Assembly: GCF_013315695.1 (NCBI RefSeq)
Contig: NZ_CP054353.1
Reading direction: 5' to 3' (one strand)
From: Escherichia coli
Lineage (GTDB): Bacteria; Pseudomonadota; Gammaproteobacteria; Enterobacterales; Enterobacteriaceae
DNA: 64,000 nucleotides
Shown here: positions 9,346-20,021 of the stretch, piece by piece
Layout: every line of letters begins with the position of its first letter
Numbering within the stretch: position 1 is the stretch's first letter
The notes under the pieces: generated by a model
The model's database searches: none
Told to the model about the DNA's origin: nothing
What the model saw: only the letters and a program-made list of their open reading frames with translations
Program-made: the position numbers and the translations under genes

Positions 9346-9711
9346 ATGCGGATTGAAGCAGGAGTGACGCAGAGAATGGGGATCAGTTTTCAACAAGCAT
9401 TGGGAGTGCATCCGCAGGCAGTGAAGTTACGTCTTGAGAGGACCGAGCTACTGACTGCGAATCTGGCGAACGTCGATACGCCAAATTTCAAGGCTAAAGA
9501 TATTGATTTTGCCAGGGAGATGCAACGGGCAAATAACGCGGCGGTGGATGTCCAGTACCGCGTGCCGATGCAGCCGTCAGAAGATGGCAACACCGTGGAA
9601 CTGAACAGCGAACAGGCACGGTTTTCACAAAATAGTATGGATTATCAAAGCTGTCTGACCTTTCTGAATCTGCAAATCAGCGGCATCAGAGAGGCCATTG
9701 AAGGGAAATAA
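9346..9711 (+). CDS. lfgB: Flagellar proximal rod protein FlgB family (LfgB)
   Basis: Conserved ANLANVDTPNFKAKDIDF and C-terminal DGNTVELN rod motifs; start uncertain (9346 or 9376). Confidence 0.8.
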   Translation: MRIEAGVTQRMGISFQQALGVHPQAVKLRLERTELLTANLANVDTPNFKAKDIDFAREMQRANNAAVDVQYRVPMQPSEDGNTVELNSEQARFSQNSMDYQSCLTFLNLQISGIREAIEGK

Positions 9712-9713
9712 GC

Positions 9714-10145
9714 ATGTCATTTACTGATATCTATCAGATTTCCGGCTCGGCGATGACGGCGCAAACGCTACGTCTGAATACCGTCGCCAGTAACCTGGCG
9801 AATGCTAATGCACCTGCCAGCAGCGAGGCGCAGGCGTATAAAGCGCGCAGCCCGGTGTTTGCGACGGTGTATCACCACAGCTTGCTGGTGGGTACACATC
9901 GTCATGCCATTGATGGTGCCAGCGTGCAGGTGCAGGACGTGCTGCAAACCGGCGGGGCGGTGAAACGCTATGAACCGCATTCGCCGCTGGCGGATGCTAA
10001 CGGGGATGTCTGGTATCCCGACGTCAACGTGGTGGAACAGATGGCGGACATGATGTCGGCCTCGCGCGATTTTGAAACCAATGTCGATGTGCTCAACAAC
10101 GTGAAAAGTATGCAGCAAAGCCTGCTGAAACTGGGAGAAGCCTGA
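9714..10145 (+). CDS. lfgC: Flagellar rod protein FlgC family (LfgC)
   Basis: 143 aa; SNLANANAP N-terminal motif and C-terminal PLADANG...MVDMMSASR motifs; appears full length. Confidence 0.85.
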   Translation: MSFTDIYQISGSAMTAQTLRLNTVASNLANANAPASSEAQAYKARSPVFATVYHHSLLVGTHRHAIDGASVQVQDVLQTGGAVKRYEPHSPLADANGDVWYPDVNVVEQMADMMSASRDFETNVDVLNNVKSMQQSLLKLGEA

Positions 10146-10858
10146 TGAATACCCTGGCGCTGAATGCGCAATCGCCGCAGCCGACCGCCACGGCGGAAAG
10201 CAACAACGTGGCGGCCAGCGACACGACAAGCAGCAGCGATAGCTCGCCCGTTGATACTTTCCTGACGCTGTTTGTCGCTGAGATCCAAAACCAGGACCCG
10301 ACCGACCCGACCGACGCCACCGAATATATCGACCAGCTTTCGTCAATGGCGCAGGTGGCGATGATGGAAGAGATGAGCGTGCAGGCGAATACCAACGCGG
10401 TGTTGATGAGCAACATTCAGGTGATGGCGCTCGGCAACCTGGTGGGCGACGACATTATGGTGCAGACCACCGCCTTGCAGGTGAGTGACCAGACCATTAA
10501 CGGTCGCGCCACGCTGGATGACGCCTGTACCACCGCCGATCTCCACTTTACCGATGCTGCGGGCGATGACTACACCGTCTCGCTGATCCCGGAAGGGAGT
10601 TCGTCGGTTGGGCCAGGCCAGGTCGATTTCTCGATTAATCCGGCGGATTACGGCATCCCGCCGGGCGATTACGACGTCTCGGTGGTGACCAACACCGGGG
10701 AAGAAGAGGTGCCGATTGAAGTCTCCGGCGAAGTGGAAGATGTACGCATCCCGCTCGACGGCAGCTCTCCGGTGCTCAACGTTGCAGGTGTGGGCGAAGT
10801 GCCGTTCACCATGATTAGCCAGTTTGGCGTACCCGATGCCGACAGTGATGTGGCGTGA
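10145..10858 (+). CDS. lfgD: Flagellar hook capping protein FlgD family (LfgD)
   Basis: 237 aa; DTFLTLFVAEIQNQDPTDP N-terminal FlgD motif. Confidence 0.8.
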   Translation: MNTLALNAQSPQPTATAESNNVAASDTTSSSDSSPVDTFLTLFVAEIQNQDPTDPTDATEYIDQLSSMAQVAMMEEMSVQANTNAVLMSNIQVMALGNLVGDDIMVQTTALQVSDQTINGRATLDDACTTADLHFTDAAGDDYTVSLIPEGSSSVGPGQVDFSINPADYGIPPGDYDVSVVTNTGEEEVPIEVSGEVEDVRIPLDGSSPVLNVAGVGEVPFTMISQFGVPDADSDVA

Positions 10859-10869
10859 TGTCTGGTGCC

Positions 10870-10975
10870 AAATTGCCTGATGCGCTTCGCTTATCAGGCC
10901 TACATGAAACTGCAATGTATTGAATCTGCATGGTTTTGTAGGCCGGACAAGGCGTTCACGCCGCATCCGGCAAAA
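10870..10975. repeat. REP/BIME element (two REP units)
   Basis: GCCTGATGCGCTTCGCTTATCAGGCCTAC and GTAGGCCGGACAAGGCGTTCACGCCGCATCCGGCA palindromic units. Confidence 0.7.
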
Positions 10976-11017
10976 CAACGGGCACGCAGTCAAAATTTGA
11001 ATTAACAGGACGAAACA

Positions 11018-12220
11018 ATGAGTTATGAAATTGCCGCAACGGGGTTGAATGCCGTTAACGAACAACTGGACGGGATCAGTAACAACATCGCCAACGCCGG
11101 AACGGTAGGCTATAAGTCGATGACCACCCAGTTTTCAGCCATGTATGCCGGAAGTCAGGCGATGGGCGTCAGCATGGCAGGCACCGCGCAAAGTATTTCG
11201 CGCGGCGGTTCGCTGGTATCCACCGGTAACGCGCTGGATCTGGCGATTAACGACGACGGCTTTTTTGTTACCTGCGACAGCGCGGGCAACATTTCTTATA
11301 CCCGCGCCGGATCGTTTGAAACCGACAAAAACGGCTATATCGTCAACGCCTCAGGCGCTTATTTGCAGGGCTATCCGGTCGATGACACGGGCACTCTGCA
11401 AACCGGTACAGTCACCGATATCCAGATCAAAACTGGCAATATTCCGGCGCAGGCCAGCAGCAGCCTGACCTTTACCGCCAACTTCGATGCCAGCGACGAC
11501 GCTATCGACCGCACTACCGTACCGTTCGACGCGACCAACAGCAGCTCGTATACCGACAGCTACACCACCACGGTGTACGACTCATTAGGTAACGAACACT
11601 CGGTATGCCAGTACTTCACCAAAACCAGCGACAACACCTGGGAAGTGCAGTACACCTTCGACGGTCAGCAGCAGACCGGCGTTCCGGCGACGACGTTAAC
11701 CTTCGACCCGAACACCGGAAAACTGACCTCGCCAACTACGCCGCAGACCATTGAGTTTCAGACCGACGCCGCCGCGCCCATCGATTTAACCGTCGATTAC
11801 TCCACCTGTACGCAATACGGTTCTGAATTTTCTGTCACCACCAACGCCGCCGACGGCTACGCCTCCGCGACTCAGAACGGTGTGCAGGTCGATGACGATG
11901 GCAAAGTTTACGCCACCTACAGCAACGGCGAGCGCATGTTGCAGGGCCAGGTGGTGCTGGCGACTTTCCCGAATGAAAACGGCCTGGAGGCAGTGAGCGG
12001 CACCGCGTGGGTACAAACCGGGGAATCCGGCACCCCGCTGATTGGCGTTCCCGGCTCCGGCACCTGCGGTACGCTGTCGTCCGGCGTGCTCGAAAGCTCT
12101 AACGTCGATATCACCAGCGAGTTAGTCAACCTGATGACCGCCCAGCGTAACTATCAGGCCAACACCAAAGTTATCGCTACCAGCACGCAGCTCGATGACG
12201 CGCTGTTCCAGGCAATGTAA
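11018..12220 (+). CDS. lfgE: Flagellar hook protein FlgE family (LfgE)
   Basis: 400 aa; conserved N-terminal (GISNNIANAGTVGYK) and C-terminal (SNVDITSELVNLMTAQRNYQAN) rod/hook motifs. Confidence 0.9.
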   Translation: MSYEIAATGLNAVNEQLDGISNNIANAGTVGYKSMTTQFSAMYAGSQAMGVSMAGTAQSISRGGSLVSTGNALDLAINDDGFFVTCDSAGNISYTRAGSFETDKNGYIVNASGAYLQGYPVDDTGTLQTGTVTDIQIKTGNIPAQASSSLTFTANFDASDDAIDRTTVPFDATNSSSYTDSYTTTVYDSLGNEHSVCQYFTKTSDNTWEVQYTFDGQQQTGVPATTLTFDPNTGKLTSPTTPQTIEFQTDAAAPIDLTVDYSTCTQYGSEFSVTTNAADGYASATQNGVQVDDDGKVYATYSNGERMLQGQVVLATFPNENGLEAVSGTAWVQTGESGTPLIGVPGSGTCGTLSSGVLESSNVDITSELVNLMTAQRNYQANTKVIATSTQLDDALFQAM

Positions 12221-12957
12221 TGGATCGCCTGATTTATACCGCCCTGAGCGGGGCTTCTCAGACGTTGTACGAGCAGCAAATTAGCGCCAACAACCTGGCG
12301 AACGTCAACACCAACGGTTTTCGCGCCGATATGGCGATGGCGACCAACGACAAGGTGAAAGGCGGCGGCTTCGACACGCGCTATATGGCGCAGGAAGGGG
12401 CCAGCGGCGTGAACGACAGCACAGGTGTGGCGGAGAAAACAGAACGCCCGCTGGACGTGGCGATTCAGGGCGCGGGTTACATTGCGGTGCAGGATAAAAA
12501 CGGCAACGAAGTCTATACCCGCAACGGCAACATTCAGCAGGACGACCAGGGGCAACTGACCATCGACGGCAATCTGGTGCTGGGGGATAACGGGCCGATT
12601 ATTCTGCCGCCGAACGCCATCGCCTCGTTTGGCAGCGACGGCACGCTGTCGGTGACGCCCGATGACGGCGACGTGACCGCGACGATGGATATCGACCGCC
12701 TGAAGCTGGTGGATATTCCGGTCGCTAACCTGGCGAAAAATCCTGAAGGGATGCTGATAACTGCCGACGGCGTTCCGGCCCAGCGCGATGAAAACATCAA
12801 AGTCAGCGGCGGTTTTCTCGAAGGCAGCAACGTCTCGGCGGTGAGCGAAATGATGTCGTCCATCGCCATGAATCGCCAGTTTGAAGCGCAGATCAAGATG
12901 ATGAAAACCGCCGAAGATATCAGCGACGCGGGCAACCGCTTATTGCGCGGCTCGTAA
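12220..12957 (+). CDS. lfgF: Flagellar rod protein FlgF family (LfgF)
   Basis: 245 aa with rod-protein N- and C-terminal motifs; ATGA-type overlap with the flgE-like gene. Confidence 0.85.
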   Translation: MDRLIYTALSGASQTLYEQQISANNLANVNTNGFRADMAMATNDKVKGGGFDTRYMAQEGASGVNDSTGVAEKTERPLDVAIQGAGYIAVQDKNGNEVYTRNGNIQQDDQGQLTIDGNLVLGDNGPIILPPNAIASFGSDGTLSVTPDDGDVTATMDIDRLKLVDIPVANLAKNPEGMLITADGVPAQRDENIKVSGGFLEGSNVSAVSEMMSSIAMNRQFEAQIKMMKTAEDISDAGNRLLRGS

Positions 12958-12964
12958 CCGCACA

Positions 12965-13003
12965 TCGTAGGCCGGATAAGGCGTTCACGCCGCATCCGGC
13001 AAC
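12965..13003. repeat. REP element
   Basis: GTAGGCCGGATAAGGCGTTCACGCCGCATCCGGCA unit between the flgF-like and flgG-like genes. Confidence 0.7.
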
Positions 13004-13035
13004 TGCGGCCCAAAAATAACACGGAATTTACCACC

Positions 13036-13821
13036 ATGAACGCAGCGCTATGGATCAGCAAAACCGGCCTCTCGGCGCAGGATGCTGAAATGAGCGCGAT
13101 TGCCAACAACATCGCCAACGTTAACACCACCGGCTTCAAGCGTGACCGGGTGATGTTTCAGGATCTGTTCTACCAGACCCAGGAAGCGCCGGGCGCGATG
13201 CTCGACCAGAACAACATCATGCCGACCGGGCTGCAATTCGGTAGCGGCGTGCGCATTGTCGGCACCCAAAAAACCTTCACCGAAGGCAACGTCGAAACCA
13301 CCGACAACGCCATGAATGTCGCCATCATGGGACAGGGATTTTTGCAGGTGCAAAAGGCTAACGGCGATATCGCCTATACCCGCGATGGCAACTTGCAGGT
13401 GAACGCCGACGGCGTGTTGACTAACTCGCAGGGTTTGCCGTTACAACCGGAAATCGACGTTCCGGCGGGGGCGACTAACGTTGCGTTTGGTGAGGACGGC
13501 ACGGTGACGGCGATCTTACCCGGCGACAGCGATGTGACCGAGTTAGGGCAACTGACACTGGTGAACTTCGCTAACCCGGCGGGGCTTTCCGCCGAGGGCG
13601 ACAACCTGTATCTGGAAACCGCTGCCAGCGGTCAGCCGACCGAAGGCGTACCGGGCGAAGATGGGCTTGGCACCTTGCAGGACAACGCGCTCGAAGGCTC
13701 GAACGTGGATATCGTCAACGAGATGGTGGCGATGATTACGGTGCAACGGGCGTACGAGATGAACGCCAAAATGGTGTCGGCTGCGGACGATATGTTGCAG
13801 TACATCAGTCAGACGCTGTAA
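13036..13821 (+). CDS. lfgG: Flagellar distal rod protein FlgG family (LfgG)
   Basis: 261 aa; rod motifs ANNIANVNTTGFK and GSNVDIVNEMVAMITVQRAYEMN. Confidence 0.9.
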   Translation: MNAALWISKTGLSAQDAEMSAIANNIANVNTTGFKRDRVMFQDLFYQTQEAPGAMLDQNNIMPTGLQFGSGVRIVGTQKTFTEGNVETTDNAMNVAIMGQGFLQVQKANGDIAYTRDGNLQVNADGVLTNSQGLPLQPEIDVPAGATNVAFGEDGTVTAILPGDSDVTELGQLTLVNFANPAGLSAEGDNLYLETAASGQPTEGVPGEDGLGTLQDNALEGSNVDIVNEMVAMITVQRAYEMNAKMVSAADDMLQYISQTL

Positions 13822-13822
13822 G

Positions 13823-13866
13823 GCCGAAATGTCGGATGCGACGCTGACACGTCTTATCCGACCTAC
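13823..13866. repeat. REP element
   Basis: GCCGAAATGTCGGATGCGACGCTGACACGTCTTATCCGACCTAC palindromic unit; the ORF-track N-terminus of the next gene reads through it. Confidence 0.7.
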
Positions 13867-13903
13867 AAGAGCACATAACTCACTGTATTTAAACAGGCAG
13901 AAC

Positions 13904-14569
13904 GTGAAAAATTATCTCTGGCTGGTGGCGCTGCTTCCCCTGCTTAGCGGGTGTGAATCGCAGGCCATTCTGGTCAAAAAAGACGACGCATACTTTGCGC
14001 CACCGAAAACCGAAGCACCGCCTCCGGCAGACGGGCGTGCCGGGGGCGTGTTTGAAACCGGCTACAACTGGTCGCTAACTGCCGACCGGCGGGCTTACCG
14101 CGTGGGCGATATCCTGACGGTGATCCTCGAAGAATCCACCCAGTCGAGCAAACAGGCGAAAACCAACTTCGGCAAAAGCAACACCGTCGATATCGGCGCA
14201 CCGACCATTTTTGGTCACACCAAAGATAAGCTTTCCGGCTCCATCGATGCCAACCGCGACTTTGACGGCAGCGCCACTTCCCAGCAGCAGAACAGCCTGC
14301 GCGGGGAGATCACGGTTTCCGTCCATGCGGTGCAGCCCAACGGCATCCTGGAAATTCGCGGCGAGAAATGGCTCACCCTCAACCAGGGCGATGAGTACAT
14401 CCGTTTAAGCGGTCTGGTGCGCGCCGACGATATCCAGAACGACAACTCGGTTTCCTCCCAGCGGATCGCCGATGCCCGCATCTCCTATGCCGGACGCGGC
14501 GCGTTAAGCGACGCCAACGCCGCAGGCTGGCTGACGCGGCTGTTTAACCATCCTCTGTTCCCGATTTAA
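13904..14569 (+). CDS. lfgH: Flagellar L-ring lipoprotein FlgH family (LfgH)
   Basis: GTG start at 13904 gives a lipoprotein signal peptide with lipobox LLSGC; the ORF-track start at 13829 lies inside a REP element. Confidence 0.85.
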   Translation: MKNYLWLVALLPLLSGCESQAILVKKDDAYFAPPKTEAPPPADGRAGGVFETGYNWSLTADRRAYRVGDILTVILEESTQSSKQAKTNFGKSNTVDIGAPTIFGHTKDKLSGSIDANRDFDGSATSQQQNSLRGEITVSVHAVQPNGILEIRGEKWLTLNQGDEYIRLSGLVRADDIQNDNSVSSQRIADARISYAGRGALSDANAAGWLTRLFNHPLFPI

Positions 14570-15684
14570 TGCCGGAGAGTGCAATGCAAAACTGGATAAA
14601 GGCCGCAGTTATCGCCCTAAGCCTGGCGCTGCCCGGCGTGGCGCTGGCGCAATCGCTGGAGTCGCTGGTCAACGTACAAGGCGTGCGTGAAAACCAACTG
14701 GTCGGCTACAGCCTGGTGGTCGGCCTCGACGGTACTGGCGATAAAAACCAGGTCAAATTCACCAACCAGACCATCACCAATATGCTGCGCCAGTTTGGCG
14801 TGCAATTGCCGAATAAAATCGACCCGAAGGTGAAAAATGTCGCGGCGGTGGCAGTGAGCGCCACGCTGCCACCGATGTACTCACGCGGGCAGACTATTGA
14901 TGTCACCGTCTCGTCGATTGGTGATGCCAAAAGTATTCGTGGCGGCACCTTGCTGCTGACCCAACTGCACGGCGCAGATGGCGAGGTTTATGCCCTGGCA
15001 CAGGGCAGCGTGGTGGTGGGCGGGATGAACGCCACCGGGGCCAGCGGTTCCAGTGTGACGGTTAATACGCCAACTGCCGGGTTAATTCCCAACGGCGCGA
15101 CGGTGGAGCGCGAGATCCCCAGCGATTTTCAGATGGGCGACACCATCACGCTCAACCTGAAACGCCCGTCGTTTAAAGACGCCAACAACATTGCGGCGGC
15201 GATCAACGCCTCGTTTGGCGGCATTGCCACGGCGCAGAGTTCCACCAACGTCACCGTGCGTGCGCCCACCAGCCCCGGCGCGCGGGTGGCATTTATGTCG
15301 CAACTGGATGATGTACAGGTGCAGGCAGAGAAAATCCGCGCCCGCGTGGTGTTTAACTCGCGTACCGGCACGGTGGTGATGGGCGATGGCGTTGCGCTGC
15401 ATGCGGCGGCGGTGTCGCACGGCAGTTTGACCGTCTCGATTAACGAAACCAGCAACGTCAGCCAGCCGAATGCCTTTGCAGGCGGGCGCACGGCGGTAAC
15501 GCCGCAGAGCAATATCGCGGTGAATCATGCGCGCCCGGGCGTGGTGAGTTTGCCGGAGTCGAGCAGCCTGAAAACGCTGGTCAATGCGTTGAACAGTTTG
15601 GGCGCGACGCCGGACGACATTATGTCGATTTTACAGGCGCTGCATGAGGCGGGCGCGCTGGATGCCGACCTGGAGGTGATCTGA
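14569..15684 (+). CDS. lfgI: Flagellar P-ring protein FlgI family (LfgI)
   Basis: 371 aa with signal peptide (alternative start MQNWIK at 14584). Confidence 0.9.
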   Translation: MPESAMQNWIKAAVIALSLALPGVALAQSLESLVNVQGVRENQLVGYSLVVGLDGTGDKNQVKFTNQTITNMLRQFGVQLPNKIDPKVKNVAAVAVSATLPPMYSRGQTIDVTVSSIGDAKSIRGGTLLLTQLHGADGEVYALAQGSVVVGGMNATGASGSSVTVNTPTAGLIPNGATVEREIPSDFQMGDTITLNLKRPSFKDANNIAAAINASFGGIATAQSSTNVTVRAPTSPGARVAFMSQLDDVQVQAEKIRARVVFNSRTGTVVMGDGVALHAAAVSHGSLTVSINETSNVSQPNAFAGGRTAVTPQSNIAVNHARPGVVSLPESSSLKTLVNALNSLGATPDDIMSILQALHEAGALDADLEVI

Positions 15685-15983
15685 TGAAAGTGAACGCCAG
15701 CGGCGGGATTGATGGCAGCGATGCGTTAATGGGGCCGAAGGTTCAGGCCAATGATATTAAGCAGGCCGCGGAGCAGTTTGAGGCGATTTTTTTACGCAAC
15801 ATGCTGAAAGAGATGCGTAAAACCAACGAGTTGTTCGATTCGAAAGATAACCCGTTTAACAGCGATTCGGTGCGCATGATGCAGGGGTTTTATGACGATG
15901 AGTTGTGTAACACCCTGGCGCAGCAGCACGGGATTGGGATTGCGGCGATGATTGTGAAGCAGTTGTCGCCGAAGCATAAATGA
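15684..15983 (+). CDS. lfgJ: FlgJ-like rod-binding protein, single domain (no muramidase domain)
   Basis: 99 aa; matches only the N-terminal rod-binding region of FlgJ; the ORF stops before any glucosaminidase domain. Confidence 0.65.
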   Translation: MKVNASGGIDGSDALMGPKVQANDIKQAAEQFEAIFLRNMLKEMRKTNELFDSKDNPFNSDSVRMMQGFYDDELCNTLAQQHGIGIAAMIVKQLSPKHK

Positions 15984-15999
15984 GGCTCCGACGTTCGGT

Positions 16000-16335
<336 letters not shown>

Positions 16336-16403
16336 TACGGAACTTAAGAATCCCCATCTTCACGCCGCTTTTAACCGGCACGATTTACCGGTAAGGATCC
16401 AAC

Positions 16404-17780
16404 ATGGACATGATTAACATCGGCTACAGCGGCGCATCAACCGCGCAGGTAGAGCTGAACGTCACGGCGCAAAACACCGCCAACGCCATGACCACGGGCT
16501 ACACCCGTCAGGTGGCGGAGATCAGCACCATCGGCGCCAGCGGTGGTTCGCCGAACAGCGCCGGTAACGGCGTGCAGGTCGACAGTATTCGCCGCGTCTC
16601 CAACCAGTATCAGGTGAATCAGGTGTGGTATGCCGCCAGCGATTACGGCTATTACAGCACCCAGCAGGGGTATCTCACGCAACTGGAAGCGGTACTGAGC
16701 GACGATAACAGCAGCCTGAGCGGCGGCTTCGATAACTTCTTCGCCGCCCTCAACGAAGCGACCACCAGCCCTGATGATTCCGCCCTGCGCGAGCAGGTGA
16801 TCAGCGAAGCCGGGGCGCTGTCGTTGCGTATCGACAACACGCTGGATTACATCGACTCGCAAAGCACGGAAATCATCAGCCAGCAGCAGGCGATGGTCTC
16901 GCAAATCAACACGCTCACCAGCGGTATCGCCAGCTATAACCAGCAAATCGCTCAGGCCGAAGCCAACGGCGATAACGCCTCCGCGCTGTACGACGCCCGC
17001 GATCAGATGGTGGAAGAACTGAGCGGAATGATGGATGTGCAGGTCAATATTGACGACCAGGGCAACTACAACGTCACCCTGCAAAACGGTCAGCCGCTGG
17101 TGAGCGGGCAGCAAAGCTCAACCATCGCGCTGGAAACCAACGCCGATGGTACAGCAAGCATGACGCTGACCTTCGCTGGCACCACCTCGACCATGACCAC
17201 CGACACTGGCGGTTCGTTAGGCGCTCTGTTCGACTATCAAAACGACGTGCTGACGCCGCTGACCGACACCATCAACAGCATGGCGTCGCAGTTCGCCGAT
17301 GCGGTCAACAACCAGCTGGCGCAGGGCTACGATCTCAACGGTAACCCCGGCGAGCCGCTGTTTATTTACGATGCCAGCAATGCCGATGGCCCGCTGACCG
17401 TTAACCCGGATATCACCGCCGATGAGCTGGCGTTCTCCAGTTCGCCGGATGAAAGCGGCAACAGCGACAACCTCCAGGCGCTGATCAATATTTCCACCGA
17501 ACCGCTGGAGATAGCCAACCTCGGCAGCGTGACGGTCGGGCAGGCGTGCTCGTCAATCATCAGCAATATCGGCATTTACAGTCAGCAAAATCAGACGGAA
17601 GTCGATGCCGCGTCCAATGTCTATTCCGAAGCTCAAAACCAGCAGAGTAGCGTCAGCGGCGTCAGCATGGACGAAGAAGCGGTGAACCTGATCACCTATC
17701 AACAAATTTATGAAGCTAATCTGAAAGTCATTTCCGCCGGGGCCGAGATTTTCGATTCGGTGCTGGAAATGTGCAGCTAA
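16404..17780 (+). CDS. lfgK: Hook-associated protein 1, FlgK family (LfgK)
   Basis: 458 aa with conserved N-terminal and C-terminal (EAVNLITYQQIYEANLKVI) HAP1 motifs. Confidence 0.85.
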   Translation: MDMINIGYSGASTAQVELNVTAQNTANAMTTGYTRQVAEISTIGASGGSPNSAGNGVQVDSIRRVSNQYQVNQVWYAASDYGYYSTQQGYLTQLEAVLSDDNSSLSGGFDNFFAALNEATTSPDDSALREQVISEAGALSLRIDNTLDYIDSQSTEIISQQQAMVSQINTLTSGIASYNQQIAQAEANGDNASALYDARDQMVEELSGMMDVQVNIDDQGNYNVTLQNGQPLVSGQQSSTIALETNADGTASMTLTFAGTTSTMTTDTGGSLGALFDYQNDVLTPLTDTINSMASQFADAVNNQLAQGYDLNGNPGEPLFIYDASNADGPLTVNPDITADELAFSSSPDESGNSDNLQALINISTEPLEIANLGSVTVGQACSSIISNIGIYSQQNQTEVDAASNVYSEAQNQQSSVSGVSMDEEAVNLITYQQIYEANLKVISAGAEIFDSVLEMCS

Positions 17781-17794
17781 GCGGGAGCGCGAAA

Positions 17795-18724
17795 ATGCGA
17801 GTAACCACCCAACAAACCTACGTCTCGATGACGCAAAGTTTTAATAATCTCTCCGGCTCTCTGGCGCATGTGGTCGAGCAGATGGCAACCGGCAAGGAAA
17901 TTTTGCAGCCGTCGGATGACCCGATCGCCGCCACGCGTATCACCCAGTTGAACCGCCAGCAGTCGGCGATTGAGCAGTATCAAAGCAATATTGACTCTGC
18001 GTCGGCGGGGTTAAGCCAGCAGGAGTCGATTCTCGATGGCGTCAACAACAGCCTGCTGGCGGTGCGCGACGACCTGCTGGAAGCGGCGAACGGCACCAAT
18101 ACCGCTGATTCGCTCGCAAGCCTCGGGCAGGATATTCAGTCGCTCACCGAATCGATGGTGGCGGCGCTCAATTATCAGGACGAAGACGGGCATTACGTGT
18201 TTGGCGGTACCATCAACGATCAGCCGCCGATTGTGGCGGTGGACGATGACGGCGACGGCGTGACCGACAGCTACAGCTACCAGGGCAACAGCGATCACCG
18301 CCAGACCACCGTGTCGAACGGCGTGGAAGTGGACACCAACGTGGCGGCGAGCGATTTCTTCGGCAGTAATTTAGACGTGCTCAACACCCTTAATTCCCTG
18401 TCGCAGGAGCTGCAAAACCCGGACGTCGATCCGGCAGATCCGCAGGTGCAGAGCGATATTCAGAACGCCGTTGATGTGGTGGACACCGCCTCGGACGATC
18501 TCAACGCCTCGATTGCGTCGCTCGGCGAGACGCAAAACACCATGTCGATGCTGAGCGATGCGCAGACGGATATCTCTACCTCTAATGATGAGCTGATTGG
18601 TTCATTACAGGATCTCGATTACGGCCCGGCGTCGATCACCTTTACCGGACTGGAAGTGGCAATGGAAGCTACCCTCAAGACTTACTCGAAAGTGAGTGAG
18701 TTGAATTTGTTCAGCGTTCTCTAA
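17795..18724 (+). CDS. lfgL: Hook-associated protein 3, FlgL family (LfgL)
   Basis: Flagellin-like N-terminus; ATG at 17795 (MRVTTQQTY) preferred over the ORF-track start at 17771. Confidence 0.75.
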   Translation: MRVTTQQTYVSMTQSFNNLSGSLAHVVEQMATGKEILQPSDDPIAATRITQLNRQQSAIEQYQSNIDSASAGLSQQESILDGVNNSLLAVRDDLLEAANGTNTADSLASLGQDIQSLTESMVAALNYQDEDGHYVFGGTINDQPPIVAVDDDGDGVTDSYSYQGNSDHRQTTVSNGVEVDTNVAASDFFGSNLDVLNTLNSLSQELQNPDVDPADPQVQSDIQNAVDVVDTASDDLNASIASLGETQNTMSMLSDAQTDISTSNDELIGSLQDLDYGPASITFTGLEVAMEATLKTYSKVSELNLFSVL

Positions 18725-18740
18725 CTCTTTCAGGAACAGT

Positions 18741-19718
18741 ATGCAGGTCGGACTTACATCTTCATCACTCGCCACCGGCGGCGCGCATAGCGCTGCGGTA
18801 TCGTCGTCAACCGTTGCGCCCACTCAGGCGGTGCGGCAAACGCTCCCGGCGACGGCGAGTGAATATCCGGCCTCGCCGCTGATTACCACTCGCCCGCAGC
18901 GTTACAGCGTACAGCTTAACGACCAGCTCACCACGTTGCAGCAGGCGGATCACTATCTCGGGCAACTGGAGCAGCAGTTGCTCGATTATCGTCATAGCCA
19001 GCGTAAAGGCGGGCAGGCGCAGAGTTCGGCGCTGATGCAGATGCTGGACAAACGCGCCGCACTTTCCGGCGGCGCGGTGGACCGCCAGTTACAACCAGTG
19101 TTGCAGGGGGAAGCGCGGGTGACTTTTCACTCGCCGGATCTGACGAATCTGGTACACAATCCCACGCCGGGAACGCGCATGTTCAGTGTCACTGGCGGGC
19201 GGCAGACCCAGCTTTCGGCGGTGATGCTGTCTGAGGATGACAGCGCCGCGCAGTATCAGACGCGGCTGACCAACGCTCTGCGCCGCGTGGGTGTGCAACT
19301 GCATCAGCAAGCGGACGGCATCAGCTTCTCCACCACTGAAAAACAGTGGCCCCATATCGAGCGCACCTTAAGCGTGCGCACCGATGGCGATAAGTCGGCG
19401 TTTATGCCGCTGAAAACCTTTGCCGAACCGTCACAGGCGGACCGCTTAGCGCAAAGCCTGCAACAAGGCGGGGCGGGAATTTCTCAAATGCTGGAAAACA
19501 TTAATCAGCAGCGCGCGCAAATGGCGGTGCAGCAGGAAAAAGCGCGGCAGTTGATCGACGGCATGTCCCGCTTCCCGCAAACGGAAAGCGCCGTGCAGGC
19601 GTCGGAAAATCTCGGCGGCGTGCTGGATAGCGCCAATCATAACTATCAAGTTTTATTGCAGGCGGTGAACGGTCAGGCACGGATTTCCAGCCAGACGGTG
19701 AGGAGTTTATTGGGGTAG
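18741..19718 (+). CDS. Hypothetical Gln-rich protein in LafW position
   Basis: 325 aa, no recognisable motif; located between the flgL-like and regulator genes. Confidence 0.45.
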   Translation: MQVGLTSSSLATGGAHSAAVSSSTVAPTQAVRQTLPATASEYPASPLITTRPQRYSVQLNDQLTTLQQADHYLGQLEQQLLDYRHSQRKGGQAQSSALMQMLDKRAALSGGAVDRQLQPVLQGEARVTFHSPDLTNLVHNPTPGTRMFSVTGGRQTQLSAVMLSEDDSAAQYQTRLTNALRRVGVQLHQQADGISFSTTEKQWPHIERTLSVRTDGDKSAFMPLKTFAEPSQADRLAQSLQQGGAGISQMLENINQQRAQMAVQQEKARQLIDGMSRFPQTESAVQASENLGGVLDSANHNYQVLLQAVNGQARISSQTVRSLLG

Positions 19719-19968
19719 TGTTATTGAAAATCAATCAAATGAGGTTGTCGTAAAAAATCATTTCAGTGCAGAATATGCTGTAACTCTGCGGGTTAAAAAA
19801 GGAATGAAATGGCCACTCTCAAGCAACTGATGGATAAGCAAAGCCCTGAAAGTCGTAGGCGAATAATAAAAAAAGCAGAACGACTCCGCCAAACTGTCAT
19901 TAATAAAAAGCTAGAGTTACCAATAACTAAACCTATCAGCAATTCCGATTGATTTCATTCGGGATTTT

Positions 19969-20005
19969 CGTAGGCCGGATAAGACGCCTTTAGCGTCGCA
20001 TCCGG
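19969..20005. repeat. REP element
   Basis: GTAGGCCGGATAAGACGCCTTTAGCGTCGCATCCGGCA unit. Confidence 0.7.
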
Positions 20006-20021
20006 CATATATTGGCACTCA

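Noticed and set aside
13829-13903. Extended N-terminus of the FlgH-like ORF (MSDATLTRLIRPT...)
   Set aside because: This stretch is the translation of a REP element; the GTG at 13904 gives a proper lipoprotein signal peptide.
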